Assembly (NCBI GenBank): GCA_963704865.1
Contig: CAVPIE010000008.1
Span: forward strand, 29,357 to 93,356
Direction of reading: 5' to 3'
Length of the DNA: 64,000 nt
Source: an uncultured delta proteobacterium
Lineage (GTDB): Bacteria; Myxococcota_A; Polyangia; Polyangiales; Houyiibacteriaceae
The notes under the pieces were generated by a model. The model searched no databases and was not told the DNA's origin. It saw only the letters and a list, made by a program, of their open reading frames with translations. The translations under genes were made by a program, and so were the position numbers. Positions 34,530 through 43,097 of the stretch are shown piece by piece; positions within the stretch are counted from its first letter, which is position 1; every line of letters starts with the position of its first letter.

Positions 34530-34604
34530 GGGCGATTAACTCAGGGGTAGAGTGGTTTCTTCACACGGAACAAGTCGCTGGTTCAAATCCAGCATCGCCC
34601 ACCA
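34530..34604 (+). tRNA. tRNA-Val (anticodon CAC), CCA encoded
   Basis: Manual cloverleaf. Acceptor GGGCGAT/ATCGCCC is 7/7 paired. D stem ACTC/GAGT with a GG-containing loop. Anticodon stem GTTTC/GGAAC and loop TTCACAC. Variable AAGTC. T stem GCTGG/CCAGC with loop TTCAAAT. Discriminator A plus CCA. Confidence 0.9.
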
Positions 34605-34645
34605 AACAATCATGTTTCTTTGAGAGCCAGGCGGAGGAGAAGCCG

Positions 34646-35671
34646 TTGTCTGACCTGTCGACGCTGGTCCAGGGAATCCGAGCCGGGAACATGCGGGCCC
34701 TGGCCAGGGCCTGCCGGCTGATCGACGAGCGGGACCCTTGCGCCTTCGAGCTGCTGAAGCGGATCTTCACCCATGAAGGGCGTGCCTACGTGATCGGCGT
34801 GACTGGCACGCCAGGCGCGGGCAAGAGCACCCTGGTCGATGGCCTGATTCCGCTCTACCGCGAACAGGGCAAACGCGTAGCGGTGCTCGCGGTCGATCCG
34901 ACGAGCCCCTATTCGGGCGGCGCGATCCTCGGCGACCGCATCCGCATGCAGCAGCACTTCACCGACGAAGGCGTGTTCATTCGTTCGATCGCGACGCGGG
35001 GACACCTCGGGGGGCTTTCCCGTTCGACCGGCGACATGCTTCATGTGCTGCACGCATCGACGTTCGACATCGTGATCGTGGAAACCGTGGGTGTCGGGCA
35101 AGACGAGCTCGAGGTGACTCAGCTGGCGGACACGACGCTGGTGGTGATGGCGCCGGGTCTGGGTGACGACATTCAAGCGATCAAGGCTGGCATCCTCGAG
35201 GTGGCGGACGTGTTCGCCGTGAACAAGTCCGACCGCGTGGGTGCGGACGCCACGGTGCAAGACCTTCAGCAGATGCTCTCGCTTCGGCGTGTGCCGACCG
35301 GTGTCAGCAAGATGCAGGGGCACACCGCGGTGTCGACGCTGCGAGTAGCGCCCGAAGCCGCGGCCGGCGAGTGGCTGCCCCCGATCCTCAAGACCGTCGC
35401 CCACCGTCAGGAAGGGCTGGCCGACTTGGTCGATGCGTTCTCGAAGCACCGCGAGTTCCTCACGACAACCGAGGCTGGTAAGGCGATTCAGGCGCAGCGG
35501 CAGGTCGCGGAGTTTCGTGCGATCCTGTACCAGGCGCTGATCGACGCCGTCGACGCGCGCTTTGCCGAGCAGGTCAGCGAGAAGCTACGCGACATCGTCG
35601 ATAGTAGGGCCGATCCCTACTCGAGCGCCGAGTCGCTGGTTCGGGGCGCCGTCGGCGAGCCCAAGACGTAG
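34646..35671 (+). CDS. meaB: Methylmalonyl-CoA mutase-associated GTPase MeaB (ArgK/LAO-AO transport ATPase family)
   Basis: GVTGTPGAGKSTLVDGL P-loop, LAVDPTSPYSGGAILGDRIRM and VETVGVGQDE motifs. TTG start at 34646 is preceded by GGAGGAG. The track ORF (34259..) reads through the tRNA and repeat and is not credible upstream of the tRNA. Confidence 0.85.
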   Translation: MSDLSTLVQGIRAGNMRALARACRLIDERDPCAFELLKRIFTHEGRAYVIGVTGTPGAGKSTLVDGLIPLYREQGKRVAVLAVDPTSPYSGGAILGDRIRMQQHFTDEGVFIRSIATRGHLGGLSRSTGDMLHVLHASTFDIVIVETVGVGQDELEVTQLADTTLVVMAPGLGDDIQAIKAGILEVADVFAVNKSDRVGADATVQDLQQMLSLRRVPTGVSKMQGHTAVSTLRVAPEAAAGEWLPPILKTVAHRQEGLADLVDAFSKHREFLTTTEAGKAIQAQRQVAEFRAILYQALIDAVDARFAEQVSEKLRDIVDSRADPYSSAESLVRGAVGEPKT

Positions 35672-35675
35672 TGGC

Positions 35676-37268
35676 TCAGCGCTTGCGGACGATCTGGTCG
35701 ACGAGCCGGTTGGCGCGATGCTCGGTGAGCGTGTCCTCTCCACCCCATATCGGAACACCGGCGCCGATACGTGCAAAGCCGTCGTACAAAAGAAAGCGCG
35801 CCAAGTCGTCTTCTTTCTTGTGTGAAGAGCGAAGGAACTGAATCGGGAAGGCGAAGTTGCCGACGACCGGCACGAACCCCACCAGCAATGCGGTCCAGGG
35901 CCTTTCTTTTCCTCGAAGGGAGTTCTGGACGATACGACCGCCGGTGTAGAGCGAACGAGCTGCAGGCCCCGCGGTCAGCATGACGAGCGCCAACCAGCCT
36001 TCGCTGAGGAAGCCGAGCGCGTAGAGAAGCGGACAAACCCAGTACTCGAATGTCTTGATGAACGGCTTGATCGCAAGGTGCACGCCGAAGTCCGTCGCGA
36101 ACGTCGCCGAGTCCTCTTGGTCGAGGTGGCTCCTGAGCAACTGCGCATCGCTCTGCGAGAGCTGCCGCCGATCGACCCAGGCGACGATGCGTTGCTCGGT
36201 GAAGTCTCGCGCAAGCTTCGCTCTGTAGCGCTGGGACAGTAGAAATCGCGGGACGGCGGAAGGCAGGTTGCGCCAAGGCCAGGCTGCCAAGCCCCGAAGC
36301 CCTTTCTGGACGCGCCGGGCGATTCCGCCAGGCAGGCGTCTCAGAGCCGAGCAGCCCTCGCGCAGGTACCAGCGGAGAGGGCGGGCGCGGAACCATTCAG
36401 CCTGGTCTCGGCTGAGGTCGCCGCGCGCGAGACGGTAGCCGATGCTTCGGTCGACACGTGCCTGAGTCTTCCATCGCTTCTGGCGAAAACCAAGCTCCTC
36501 GACTCTGTCGAGGGTTTCTCTCGATGTACCGCCATCGGTGAGGTAGGCGGCCAGGCGCTCCGTGTCGACGTCATCGAACAAGGGGCGGCCGAAACGGAAC
36601 GAGCGCGGCAGGTAAAATCCAAAGAGGGCGAACGGATTCAAGGCGGCAAGTGCGGGAACGCCTGACTCCAAGTCGATCCAAGCCCAGCGCGCGCTACCGT
36701 CGTCGCCCGCCTCGCGCAAGAAGTTATTCAGCGCCACCGGGTTTCCCTTGCCCGCCTGCCAGACCATCCCGTCGAAGCCGGATTCGATCAGAAGCCGCTG
36801 CAACTTCGGCATGATCTCGGTGCTCAGGGCGCGCATCTGGTCCTCGTTTGTGGAACGCAATGGATGACGGAGGTCCGGAGGGCGGCCGTCGACCAGCTGA
36901 GTGCGGAGCTCGAACGCGCGGGCCTCTTGGTTCCATGCCCAGCCATGAGAGCGGGCCACGTAGAGCTCCTCGTCGAACCAGTGCGCCACGAGGTCTGCGA
37001 GAATTTCGCGGCGAAGATGCGCGCAGCGAATCGCGTCTTCGTTCCAGACGTAAGGATTGGGTGCGCCGAGGAACAGCAGCTGCACGAGCTTCGTCAGGCC
37101 CGCGGAGCCAAACACCTTTCGCGCGACGGCGGGGCCCTCAAACTCGTGGCTGACGTAGACGACTCCGGAGCGACCGCGGCCGAGCTCCCGCAATTCCTCG
37201 ATCGGGAGGGGCAACGGTCGAACCGACGCGATATCCAATGCTGGCGCAGGTACTGAAGTCATCCCCAT
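35676..37268 (-). CDS. Hypothetical protein: N-terminal protein-kinase-like fold (atypical) fused to a C-terminal membrane domain
   Basis: GRGRSGVVYV (G-loop-like), AVARKVF (VAIK-like Lys), and WAWIDLESG (DFG-like position). A long Arg-rich helical linker follows, then about 3-4 hydrophobic helices (...WVCPLLYALGFLSEGWLALVMLTAGPAA..., ...ALLVGFVPVVGNFAFPI...). Confidence 0.4.
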   Translation of the reverse strand: MGMTSVPAPALDIASVRPLPLPIEELRELGRGRSGVVYVSHEFEGPAVARKVFGSAGLTKLVQLLFLGAPNPYVWNEDAIRCAHLRREILADLVAHWFDEELYVARSHGWAWNQEARAFELRTQLVDGRPPDLRHPLRSTNEDQMRALSTEIMPKLQRLLIESGFDGMVWQAGKGNPVALNNFLREAGDDGSARWAWIDLESGVPALAALNPFALFGFYLPRSFRFGRPLFDDVDTERLAAYLTDGGTSRETLDRVEELGFRQKRWKTQARVDRSIGYRLARGDLSRDQAEWFRARPLRWYLREGCSALRRLPGGIARRVQKGLRGLAAWPWRNLPSAVPRFLLSQRYRAKLARDFTEQRIVAWVDRRQLSQSDAQLLRSHLDQEDSATFATDFGVHLAIKPFIKTFEYWVCPLLYALGFLSEGWLALVMLTAGPAARSLYTGGRIVQNSLRGKERPWTALLVGFVPVVGNFAFPIQFLRSSHKKEDDLARFLLYDGFARIGAGVPIWGGEDTLTEHRANRLVDQIVRKR

Positions 37269-37370
37269 GCAACAGGGTAGATGCTAGCCCGGCGGGGACC
37301 CAAACGTGCGGAAGCTCACAATTGCGCTCGCCCCGTGGCAGGCGGGACCGCTTGGGCTAGAGTGCCCGCC

Positions 37371-38147
37371 ATGACCTCCTTTGTGGAACTGACGCAGGAC
37401 GGGCACGTCAGCACCTTGACGATCAACCGACCTGAGAAGCTCAACGCGCTCAGCCAGGAGGTCCTCTCCGACTTGGGCGCCGCGATTCAGACGCTCGCCG
37501 GCAAGGACGACGTCTGGGCCGCCGTGATAACCGGGACGGGAAAGGCATTCGTCGCCGGCGCCGACATCGCCGCGATGAAGGGTATGAGCGAAACCGACGG
37601 GCGAGACTTTGGCGCGCTCGGGCACGGGGTGTTCGCCGCGATCGAGAACCTGCGCTGCCCCGTCATCGCCGCGGTCAATGGTTTTGCGCTGGGCGGCGGG
37701 TGTGAGCTCGCACTTGCGTGTGACTTCATCTACGCGTCGAGCAAGGCCAAGTTCGGTCAGCCCGAGGTGAACCTCGGGATCATCCCCGGCTTCGGTGGAA
37801 CCCAACGGCTGCCGAGACGCGTCGGTTCCGCGCTTGCGCGAGAGCTCATCTTTACCGGTAAGATGATCGACGCGCAGGAGGCGCTTCGGATCGGCTTGGC
37901 CAACGCGGTGTTTGAGCCCGATGAGTTGCTCTCGGCGGCGACCAAGACGGCCGCGGAAATCGCGAGCAAGGGGCCGCTCGCGGTTGCGGCGGCGAAGCGC
38001 CTGATCCGGGATGGCATGGACCTGCCGTTGCCCGAAGCGAATCGACTCGAACAAGCTGCCTTCGGCGAAGCCTTTGGCACCAAAGACCAAAGCGAGGGCA
38101 TGGAGGCGTTTCTCCAAAAGCGGGCGCCCGCGTTCACAGGCACGTAG
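37371..38147 (+). CDS. Enoyl-CoA hydratase/isomerase (crotonase family)
   Basis: TINRPEKLNAL, GKAFVAGADI and AVNGFALGGGCELALACD crotonase motifs. ATG at 37371 within track ORF 37281..38147. Confidence 0.88.
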   Translation: MTSFVELTQDGHVSTLTINRPEKLNALSQEVLSDLGAAIQTLAGKDDVWAAVITGTGKAFVAGADIAAMKGMSETDGRDFGALGHGVFAAIENLRCPVIAAVNGFALGGGCELALACDFIYASSKAKFGQPEVNLGIIPGFGGTQRLPRRVGSALARELIFTGKMIDAQEALRIGLANAVFEPDELLSAATKTAAEIASKGPLAVAAAKRLIRDGMDLPLPEANRLEQAAFGEAFGTKDQSEGMEAFLQKRAPAFTGT

Positions 38148-38155
38148 GCGGGGCC

Positions 38156-40846
38156 CTAGCGCGAGCCGAAAGCTCGCTCGACGCTGGGCATGAGCGCGCT
38201 CGCCTTTTCGGCGCAGAGCAAGATCGCCTCGACGGCACCGGCCAGATTGCGCGGCCCGCCCGAAAGCTCAGCGACCTTGGGGCTGAAGAAGTCCTCGACC
38301 TCCGCCGCTGCCTCCCGGGTGCAGAATGAGGCTGCATTCCACGGCGAGGCCCCGAGCTGCCCGCTTCCAAATCGGGAGGCGAGGTCATCGAAGTTTTCGG
38401 TGAACCATTTCCACGCTCGGTCGCGCGTTCGCGGGTTGTGGAACTGAGTGCGCAGCACGTGGCGAATTTCGTTGACGCGGAGACGCGGGTCGAGCGCTAG
38501 GTCGAGCGCGCGCGCGGAGAGCTCTGGCGTTTCCGCGTGTCCGAGCGCGGAAAGGATGCGGCTCCGGCCGGTCGCTTCACTGCTTGATTCGAGAAGACCG
38601 AGCAAATGGTCAAAGAGCCGCTCGTCGCCCTCTTGGACGGCGGTGGCGAGCACGAGCCCCGCCAACTGGGCATCGACGACGCCCTCATTCGCCTTCGATC
38701 GATAGCCGATGTAGTTTCGGCCGAGGCGAGCCGCACGTGCGCGCGCGTTTCGGTTGCGAACATCCATGACCGTGAATCGAATGACGGCTTCACGAAGAAG
38801 CTTCGTATCGCTCGAATCGGCAGGGCGCGACCGCCAGCCGAGCTGCCGGTAGCGTTTGCGGTAGAGCTTGCCCGCGTAAGCCATGACCGCTCCTCGAAGC
38901 CCGGACGGCGAAGCGTCATCGATCAGGAAGCGCAGCGGCCGCATCGGTGCCACGGCCAGCTGCCTCGATGAGCTCGAGACCCAGTCGGCGAACCAGGGTA
39001 GGAGAGCCTCGATGTCCATGACGCCGCGATCGAACGAGGCTTCCACGCTGTCAGCGACCGCGATGCGACCCCGGTCGGAGAGCTCGCGGAATCCGTCGGT
39101 GCGCAGTCGCGTCCAGTCTTCGGGGGACATGGAAAAGCGGAAGTAGCCGGCACCGTCCGCGTTGGGCATCCACCAGGAAGGGCAGCCTCGGAGCTCGATG
39201 GTGCCTTTGGGGCTGCTCAATGAAGTGCAGGTCGTCCCGGCGGCGTGCCGAATGCAAAGCGGGATGTCCCAGATGCGATCCGGGTCGCCGCTCGAGCCGA
39301 TCGGGAGGTAGCGTTCTTGGGAGAGCCGGAGCGTGCGGATGCCGGCATCGCAGGAAGGGTCCGCCGCCCCAGTCACCAACGGGACGCCAGGCTGATTCAG
39401 GAACGAGAGAAACGGCGGCGTCACCTCGCGGTCACTCACTTCATCGAGGGCCGCGAGTAGATCGGCGGAGGTCGCGGTGCGGCCCTGGTGCCGCCGCAGG
39501 TAGAGACGGATGCCTTCACGAAAAGCGTCAGCGCCCACCCAGCGCTCGAACATTGCAAGGACCGCCCCGCCTTTTTCGTAGGTGATGCTGTCGAAGGCGT
39601 TCTTGATGTCGTGGTTGGTCTCGATCGGCTGGCGAATGCTGCGCGCGCTGCCGAGGCTGTCGAGCCGCATCGCGCGCTGCGCAGAGGCTAGCTCGCCGAG
39701 CTCCACTTGGTACTCGGGGTGCAGCTTCTGTGTCACCTTGTTCCCCATCCAGGTCGCGAAGGCTTCGTTGAGCCAGATGTCGTCCCACCAGGGCATCGTG
39801 ACCAGGTTTCCGAACCATTGGTGTGCCAGCTCGTGCGCCAACACATAGGCAAACGCGCGCCGCTGGCTTTCCGTCGCTCGCTTTTCGTCGAGCAGAAGGA
39901 GCCATTCGCGAAACGTGATCAAACCGACGTTCTCCATGGCACCGGAGGCGAAATCGGGAACCGCGACCAAGTCGAGCTTTCGGTAGGGGTAGGGGATGCC
40001 GAAGTAATCCTCCAGTGCGAGAACGAACTTGCCCGTTTGCTCGAGTGCGTGGCGCAGCCGTTCCCCCTGGCCTTTGGCGGCGATGCCCCGCAGCGGGATC
40101 GGGAGCGGGCGGCCCTCGTGGGGAGCAATGGCGGGCCCGGTGACGACGTCGAGCGGGCCGACGGCCCACGCCACGAGATAGGTGGGGAGCGGCAACGTCG
40201 GCATGAAGCTGATGCGTTGAAGTCCGTCCGGGAGCTCGATCGTGCGCTCGACCGGGGTATTCGCGGCAGCAAACTGGCTAGCTGGAATGGTGAGGGTCAC
40301 TTCGAACGGAGTTTTGAATCGCGGCTCGTCGAAACATGGGAACGCAAGGCGCGCGCTGATCGCCTCGAATTGCGTGAAGGCGTAAGCGCTCCCAGCAGAC
40401 TCGACCCGATAGAGCCCTCTCAACGGCGTGTCGAAGCGAGCCGAGTACTCCACGTGCAAGGTACTCTTGCCGGCGGGTAATGGTTCTCGGAGGTCGACGC
40501 GTACGACGCCGTCGGCGGTCTGCTGTTTCCAGGTCGCCGGAATGCGGGCCGTCGCATGGCTTGCCTGGATCGACGTGACATCCAGGCCTTGGCCGTGCAT
40601 CCAAATCGTCGCGGAGGGTTCGTCGAGCTCGATGCCGATCACCGCCGTTCCCGCGAACCCGTCTTGCTCGGGGATGATGGTGAGGCTCAATCGGTAGCGG
40701 GTCGGTCGGGTGCCGTCGGGCAGCTGGCCCAAGGGGACCTGCTCCGGCGTCGGCGCGATTTCCGCCGGCTCACGGGAACCTCCGCAGCCGATCGATAGGA
40801 GTAGCAACGAAGACAAGCAGAGGGCGGCGCGAATCCGGGCGTTCAT
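38156..40846 (-). CDS. pepN: M1 family metallopeptidase (aminopeptidase N-like) lipoprotein
   Basis: GAMEN exopeptidase motif and HELAHQWFGNLVTMPWWDDIWLNEAFATW (HExxH-x18-E). Lipobox LLLSIGCGG after ATG 40846. The track ORF extends to 40951. Confidence 0.88.
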   Translation of the reverse strand: MNARIRAALCLSSLLLLSIGCGGSREPAEIAPTPEQVPLGQLPDGTRPTRYRLSLTIIPEQDGFAGTAVIGIELDEPSATIWMHGQGLDVTSIQASHATARIPATWKQQTADGVVRVDLREPLPAGKSTLHVEYSARFDTPLRGLYRVESAGSAYAFTQFEAISARLAFPCFDEPRFKTPFEVTLTIPASQFAAANTPVERTIELPDGLQRISFMPTLPLPTYLVAWAVGPLDVVTGPAIAPHEGRPLPIPLRGIAAKGQGERLRHALEQTGKFVLALEDYFGIPYPYRKLDLVAVPDFASGAMENVGLITFREWLLLLDEKRATESQRRAFAYVLAHELAHQWFGNLVTMPWWDDIWLNEAFATWMGNKVTQKLHPEYQVELGELASAQRAMRLDSLGSARSIRQPIETNHDIKNAFDSITYEKGGAVLAMFERWVGADAFREGIRLYLRRHQGRTATSADLLAALDEVSDREVTPPFLSFLNQPGVPLVTGAADPSCDAGIRTLRLSQERYLPIGSSGDPDRIWDIPLCIRHAAGTTCTSLSSPKGTIELRGCPSWWMPNADGAGYFRFSMSPEDWTRLRTDGFRELSDRGRIAVADSVEASFDRGVMDIEALLPWFADWVSSSSRQLAVAPMRPLRFLIDDASPSGLRGAVMAYAGKLYRKRYRQLGWRSRPADSSDTKLLREAVIRFTVMDVRNRNARARAARLGRNYIGYRSKANEGVVDAQLAGLVLATAVQEGDERLFDHLLGLLESSSEATGRSRILSALGHAETPELSARALDLALDPRLRVNEIRHVLRTQFHNPRTRDRAWKWFTENFDDLASRFGSGQLGASPWNAASFCTREAAAEVEDFFSPKVAELSGGPRNLAGAVEAILLCAEKASALMPSVERAFGSR

Positions 40847-41913
40847 TGCGGGGGTCTTCGTCCGGGGTCGTGGCCGAGAGCGTACAAGCGATCGTAGAGT
40901 GCTGGACCGAGCGGCTTGTGTGATGTGCGCGGCAGTGCCTGGCCAAGGCACGGCGGCAGACTGCGAAGCGACTGGGCAAGCTCCTCCATCGAGGGGCCTT
41001 CCGAATCGAGCAAGAGCTTTGGCGAAGTGCGCCGATTCGCGAACCAGCTGGCCGCCGCGGTGAAGAAGACGGCCAGGGCGGTCGCTGCAACCAGCGTGCG
41101 TGGCTCGTCCGCACCCATGGCGCCGGCGGCCGTGAACAGGACCACCGAGAGTGCGATCGCGAGGGCCCAGCGCGGCGCGCGCTCCCTCCTCGAGCTCAGC
41201 GAGTCCCCAGCCTCGTACCGCACCAACGTTTGCCAGTGACGCTCGGGAGCGCGGTTGAATAGCCCGTCACTCACCAATGCGGTCCTCAGCCAGGGCAGTG
41301 CGGCGGTGTGTGTCAAATAGGGAGTCGGAGCCGGAAGATGTGCGAGGCGCCAGGGACGACGCCCGACCTCGAGGGGTTCGGGGAACACCGGCCAAATGCC
41401 GAGCTTCATCATGAGCCAGGGGCTTACGACGACGACGGCAGCAACCGAGAGCAGCGAAACGCCGATCGCCGCTGCGACGCCGCCAAGCGAATCGAATCGC
41501 TGAGCGGCGAACCGCCCGAGCAAGGCGAGCCCGGTGGCGAGGACGGGCATCGCAGACATCTGCACCGCGCGTCCGGCGGTTTCGAGGTGGGACATTGCGC
41601 TGGCTTCTTCGGGAGTCTGCCGGGCCAACGCGATGGCGATCCAAGCGGTCGTCATGCTCACGCTCCCGAAAAACCAGGCACCCGTCGTCGGAAAGCGCGT
41701 GGACAGCGCGGGGTCGGCAGCGAGCGCTCCGGCAACGGCGGCCGCTGGCAGCGCGATCACGCTGGCGAAGAGGCAGGTGCGCCGATAGTGAAGCAGCGCT
41801 CGGTCTCGGGTCGCCTCGGGCGCAGACACGTGCACCGGGTACCATGCTCGGAGGGCGGCGCAGGTGATCGAGGGAAGCAGGGCGCATCCGGCCAAAACCA
41901 AGAGAGAGCTCAT
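40843..41913 (-). CDS. Hypothetical polytopic membrane protein
   Basis: MSSLLVLAGCALLPSITCAAL..., with about 7 hydrophobic segments and no recognisable catalytic motif. Both its start and stop overlap neighbouring genes by ATGA. Confidence 0.45.
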   Translation of the reverse strand: MSSLLVLAGCALLPSITCAALRAWYPVHVSAPEATRDRALLHYRRTCLFASVIALPAAAVAGALAADPALSTRFPTTGAWFFGSVSMTTAWIAIALARQTPEEASAMSHLETAGRAVQMSAMPVLATGLALLGRFAAQRFDSLGGVAAAIGVSLLSVAAVVVVSPWLMMKLGIWPVFPEPLEVGRRPWRLAHLPAPTPYLTHTAALPWLRTALVSDGLFNRAPERHWQTLVRYEAGDSLSSRRERAPRWALAIALSVVLFTAAGAMGADEPRTLVAATALAVFFTAAASWFANRRTSPKLLLDSEGPSMEELAQSLRSLPPCLGQALPRTSHKPLGPALYDRLYALGHDPGRRPPQ

Positions 41914-42680
41914 GCGAACTCCACCACGACCGGCGCGTGGTCCGAAGGGGAGTTGCGGGCGCGCTCCTCCCGATCGACGATCGCCCCGATCGTGCGTTCG
42001 GCCAGCTTTGATGTGCAGTACACGTGGTCGATCCGAAGTCCGTTGCCTCTCTCGAAGCCCCTGCCTCGGTAGTCCCACCAGGAAAAGACGCCGCCGGTCG
42101 GATGAAAGGCGCGGAAAACGTCTTGCAGCCCAAACGATGCAAGCTCGGTCAAGGCGTCACGCACGGCGTCGCACGCCAGCACCGACGACCGCCATTCGGC
42201 GGGCCTTCCGATGTCGTCGTCGAACGGAGCGACGTTGAAGTCGCCGCAGAGGGCGACCTGATCGGTGTTGGGGTCGAAGCGCCTGCCAAGCGCCTCCCGA
42301 AGTCGCCGGATCCAACGAAGCTTGTACTCGAATTTGTCGGAGCCCACCTCTCCCCCGTTCGGGAAGTAGGCGCTGAGGATCGTCAGCCCGTCGATCTCTG
42401 CGCTGACCAGTCGCGCCTGTGGGTCGTCTTCCGAATCGCCCAGGTCCGAGACGACGTTGGACATGGGCCGGCGGCTCAGGATCGCGACACCATTGTACGT
42501 CTTTTGCCCAAACACCGCGGATTCGTACCCGCATTCCTTGATTTCGTCGTATGGGAAGTCGCCCTCGGACACCTTGAGCTCCTGGAGGCAGAGTACTTCC
42601 GGCTGCGCCGCGTCGAGCCAGTCGACCACATGCTGCCGGCGTGCCCGGATCGAGTTCACGTTCCAAGTGGCGACCTTCAT
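41910..42680 (-). CDS. xthA: Exodeoxyribonuclease III
   Basis: MKVATWNVNSIRAR..., LCLQELK, ...GDFNVAP..., ...SDHAPVVVEF: EEP-family AP endonuclease motifs. Confidence 0.9.
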   Translation of the reverse strand: MKVATWNVNSIRARRQHVVDWLDAAQPEVLCLQELKVSEGDFPYDEIKECGYESAVFGQKTYNGVAILSRRPMSNVVSDLGDSEDDPQARLVSAEIDGLTILSAYFPNGGEVGSDKFEYKLRWIRRLREALGRRFDPNTDQVALCGDFNVAPFDDDIGRPAEWRSSVLACDAVRDALTELASFGLQDVFRAFHPTGGVFSWWDYRGRGFERGNGLRIDHVYCTSKLAERTIGAIVDREERARNSPSDHAPVVVEFA

Positions 42681-42704
42681 GCGGGTATCAAGTAGCATGG
42701 AATC

Positions 42705-43097
42705 ATGACGAACAAACGAATCGAGACCGATCGAGCACCTGCCGCGATCGGCCCTTACTGTCAGGCCGTTGCCGTCGGTGGCTGGGTGTACTGTTCAGGA
42801 CAGCTCGCGCTCGACCCAAGCGACGGCCGGATGCGAGGGGACGGCGACATCGAAGCGGAGACTCGACAGGTGCTTCAAAACCTCGACGCCGTCCTCGAGA
42901 AAGCTGGAGCGAGTCGAGGCGACGTCGTGAAAGCAACGGTGTACGTGACGGATATGGACGAATTCTCGAAGATGAATCAGGTTTATGCTCAGTTCTTCGA
43001 AGGTCACACTCCGCCGGCGCGCGCGACGGTGCAGGTCGCTGCGCTGCCCAAGGGCGCAAAAGTCGAAATCGACTTCACCGCGTGGGTCGAACGCTAG
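42705..43097 (+). CDS. ridA: RidA family protein (YjgF/L-PSP reactive intermediate deaminase)
   Basis: APAAIGPYCQAV...GQLALDP...TVYVTDMDEF..MN.VYAQFF....PARATVQVAALPKGAKVEI. Confidence 0.88.
   Translation: MTNKRIETDRAPAAIGPYCQAVAVGGWVYCSGQLALDPSDGRMRGDGDIEAETRQVLQNLDAVLEKAGASRGDVVKATVYVTDMDEFSKMNQVYAQFFEGHTPPARATVQVAALPKGAKVEIDFTAWVER

Noticed and set aside
34259-34645. N-terminal extension of the meaB track ORF (470 aa).
   Set aside because: It reads through repeat copy C and the entire tRNA-Val gene. A TTG with a GGAGGAG SD at 34646 gives a normal-length MeaB.
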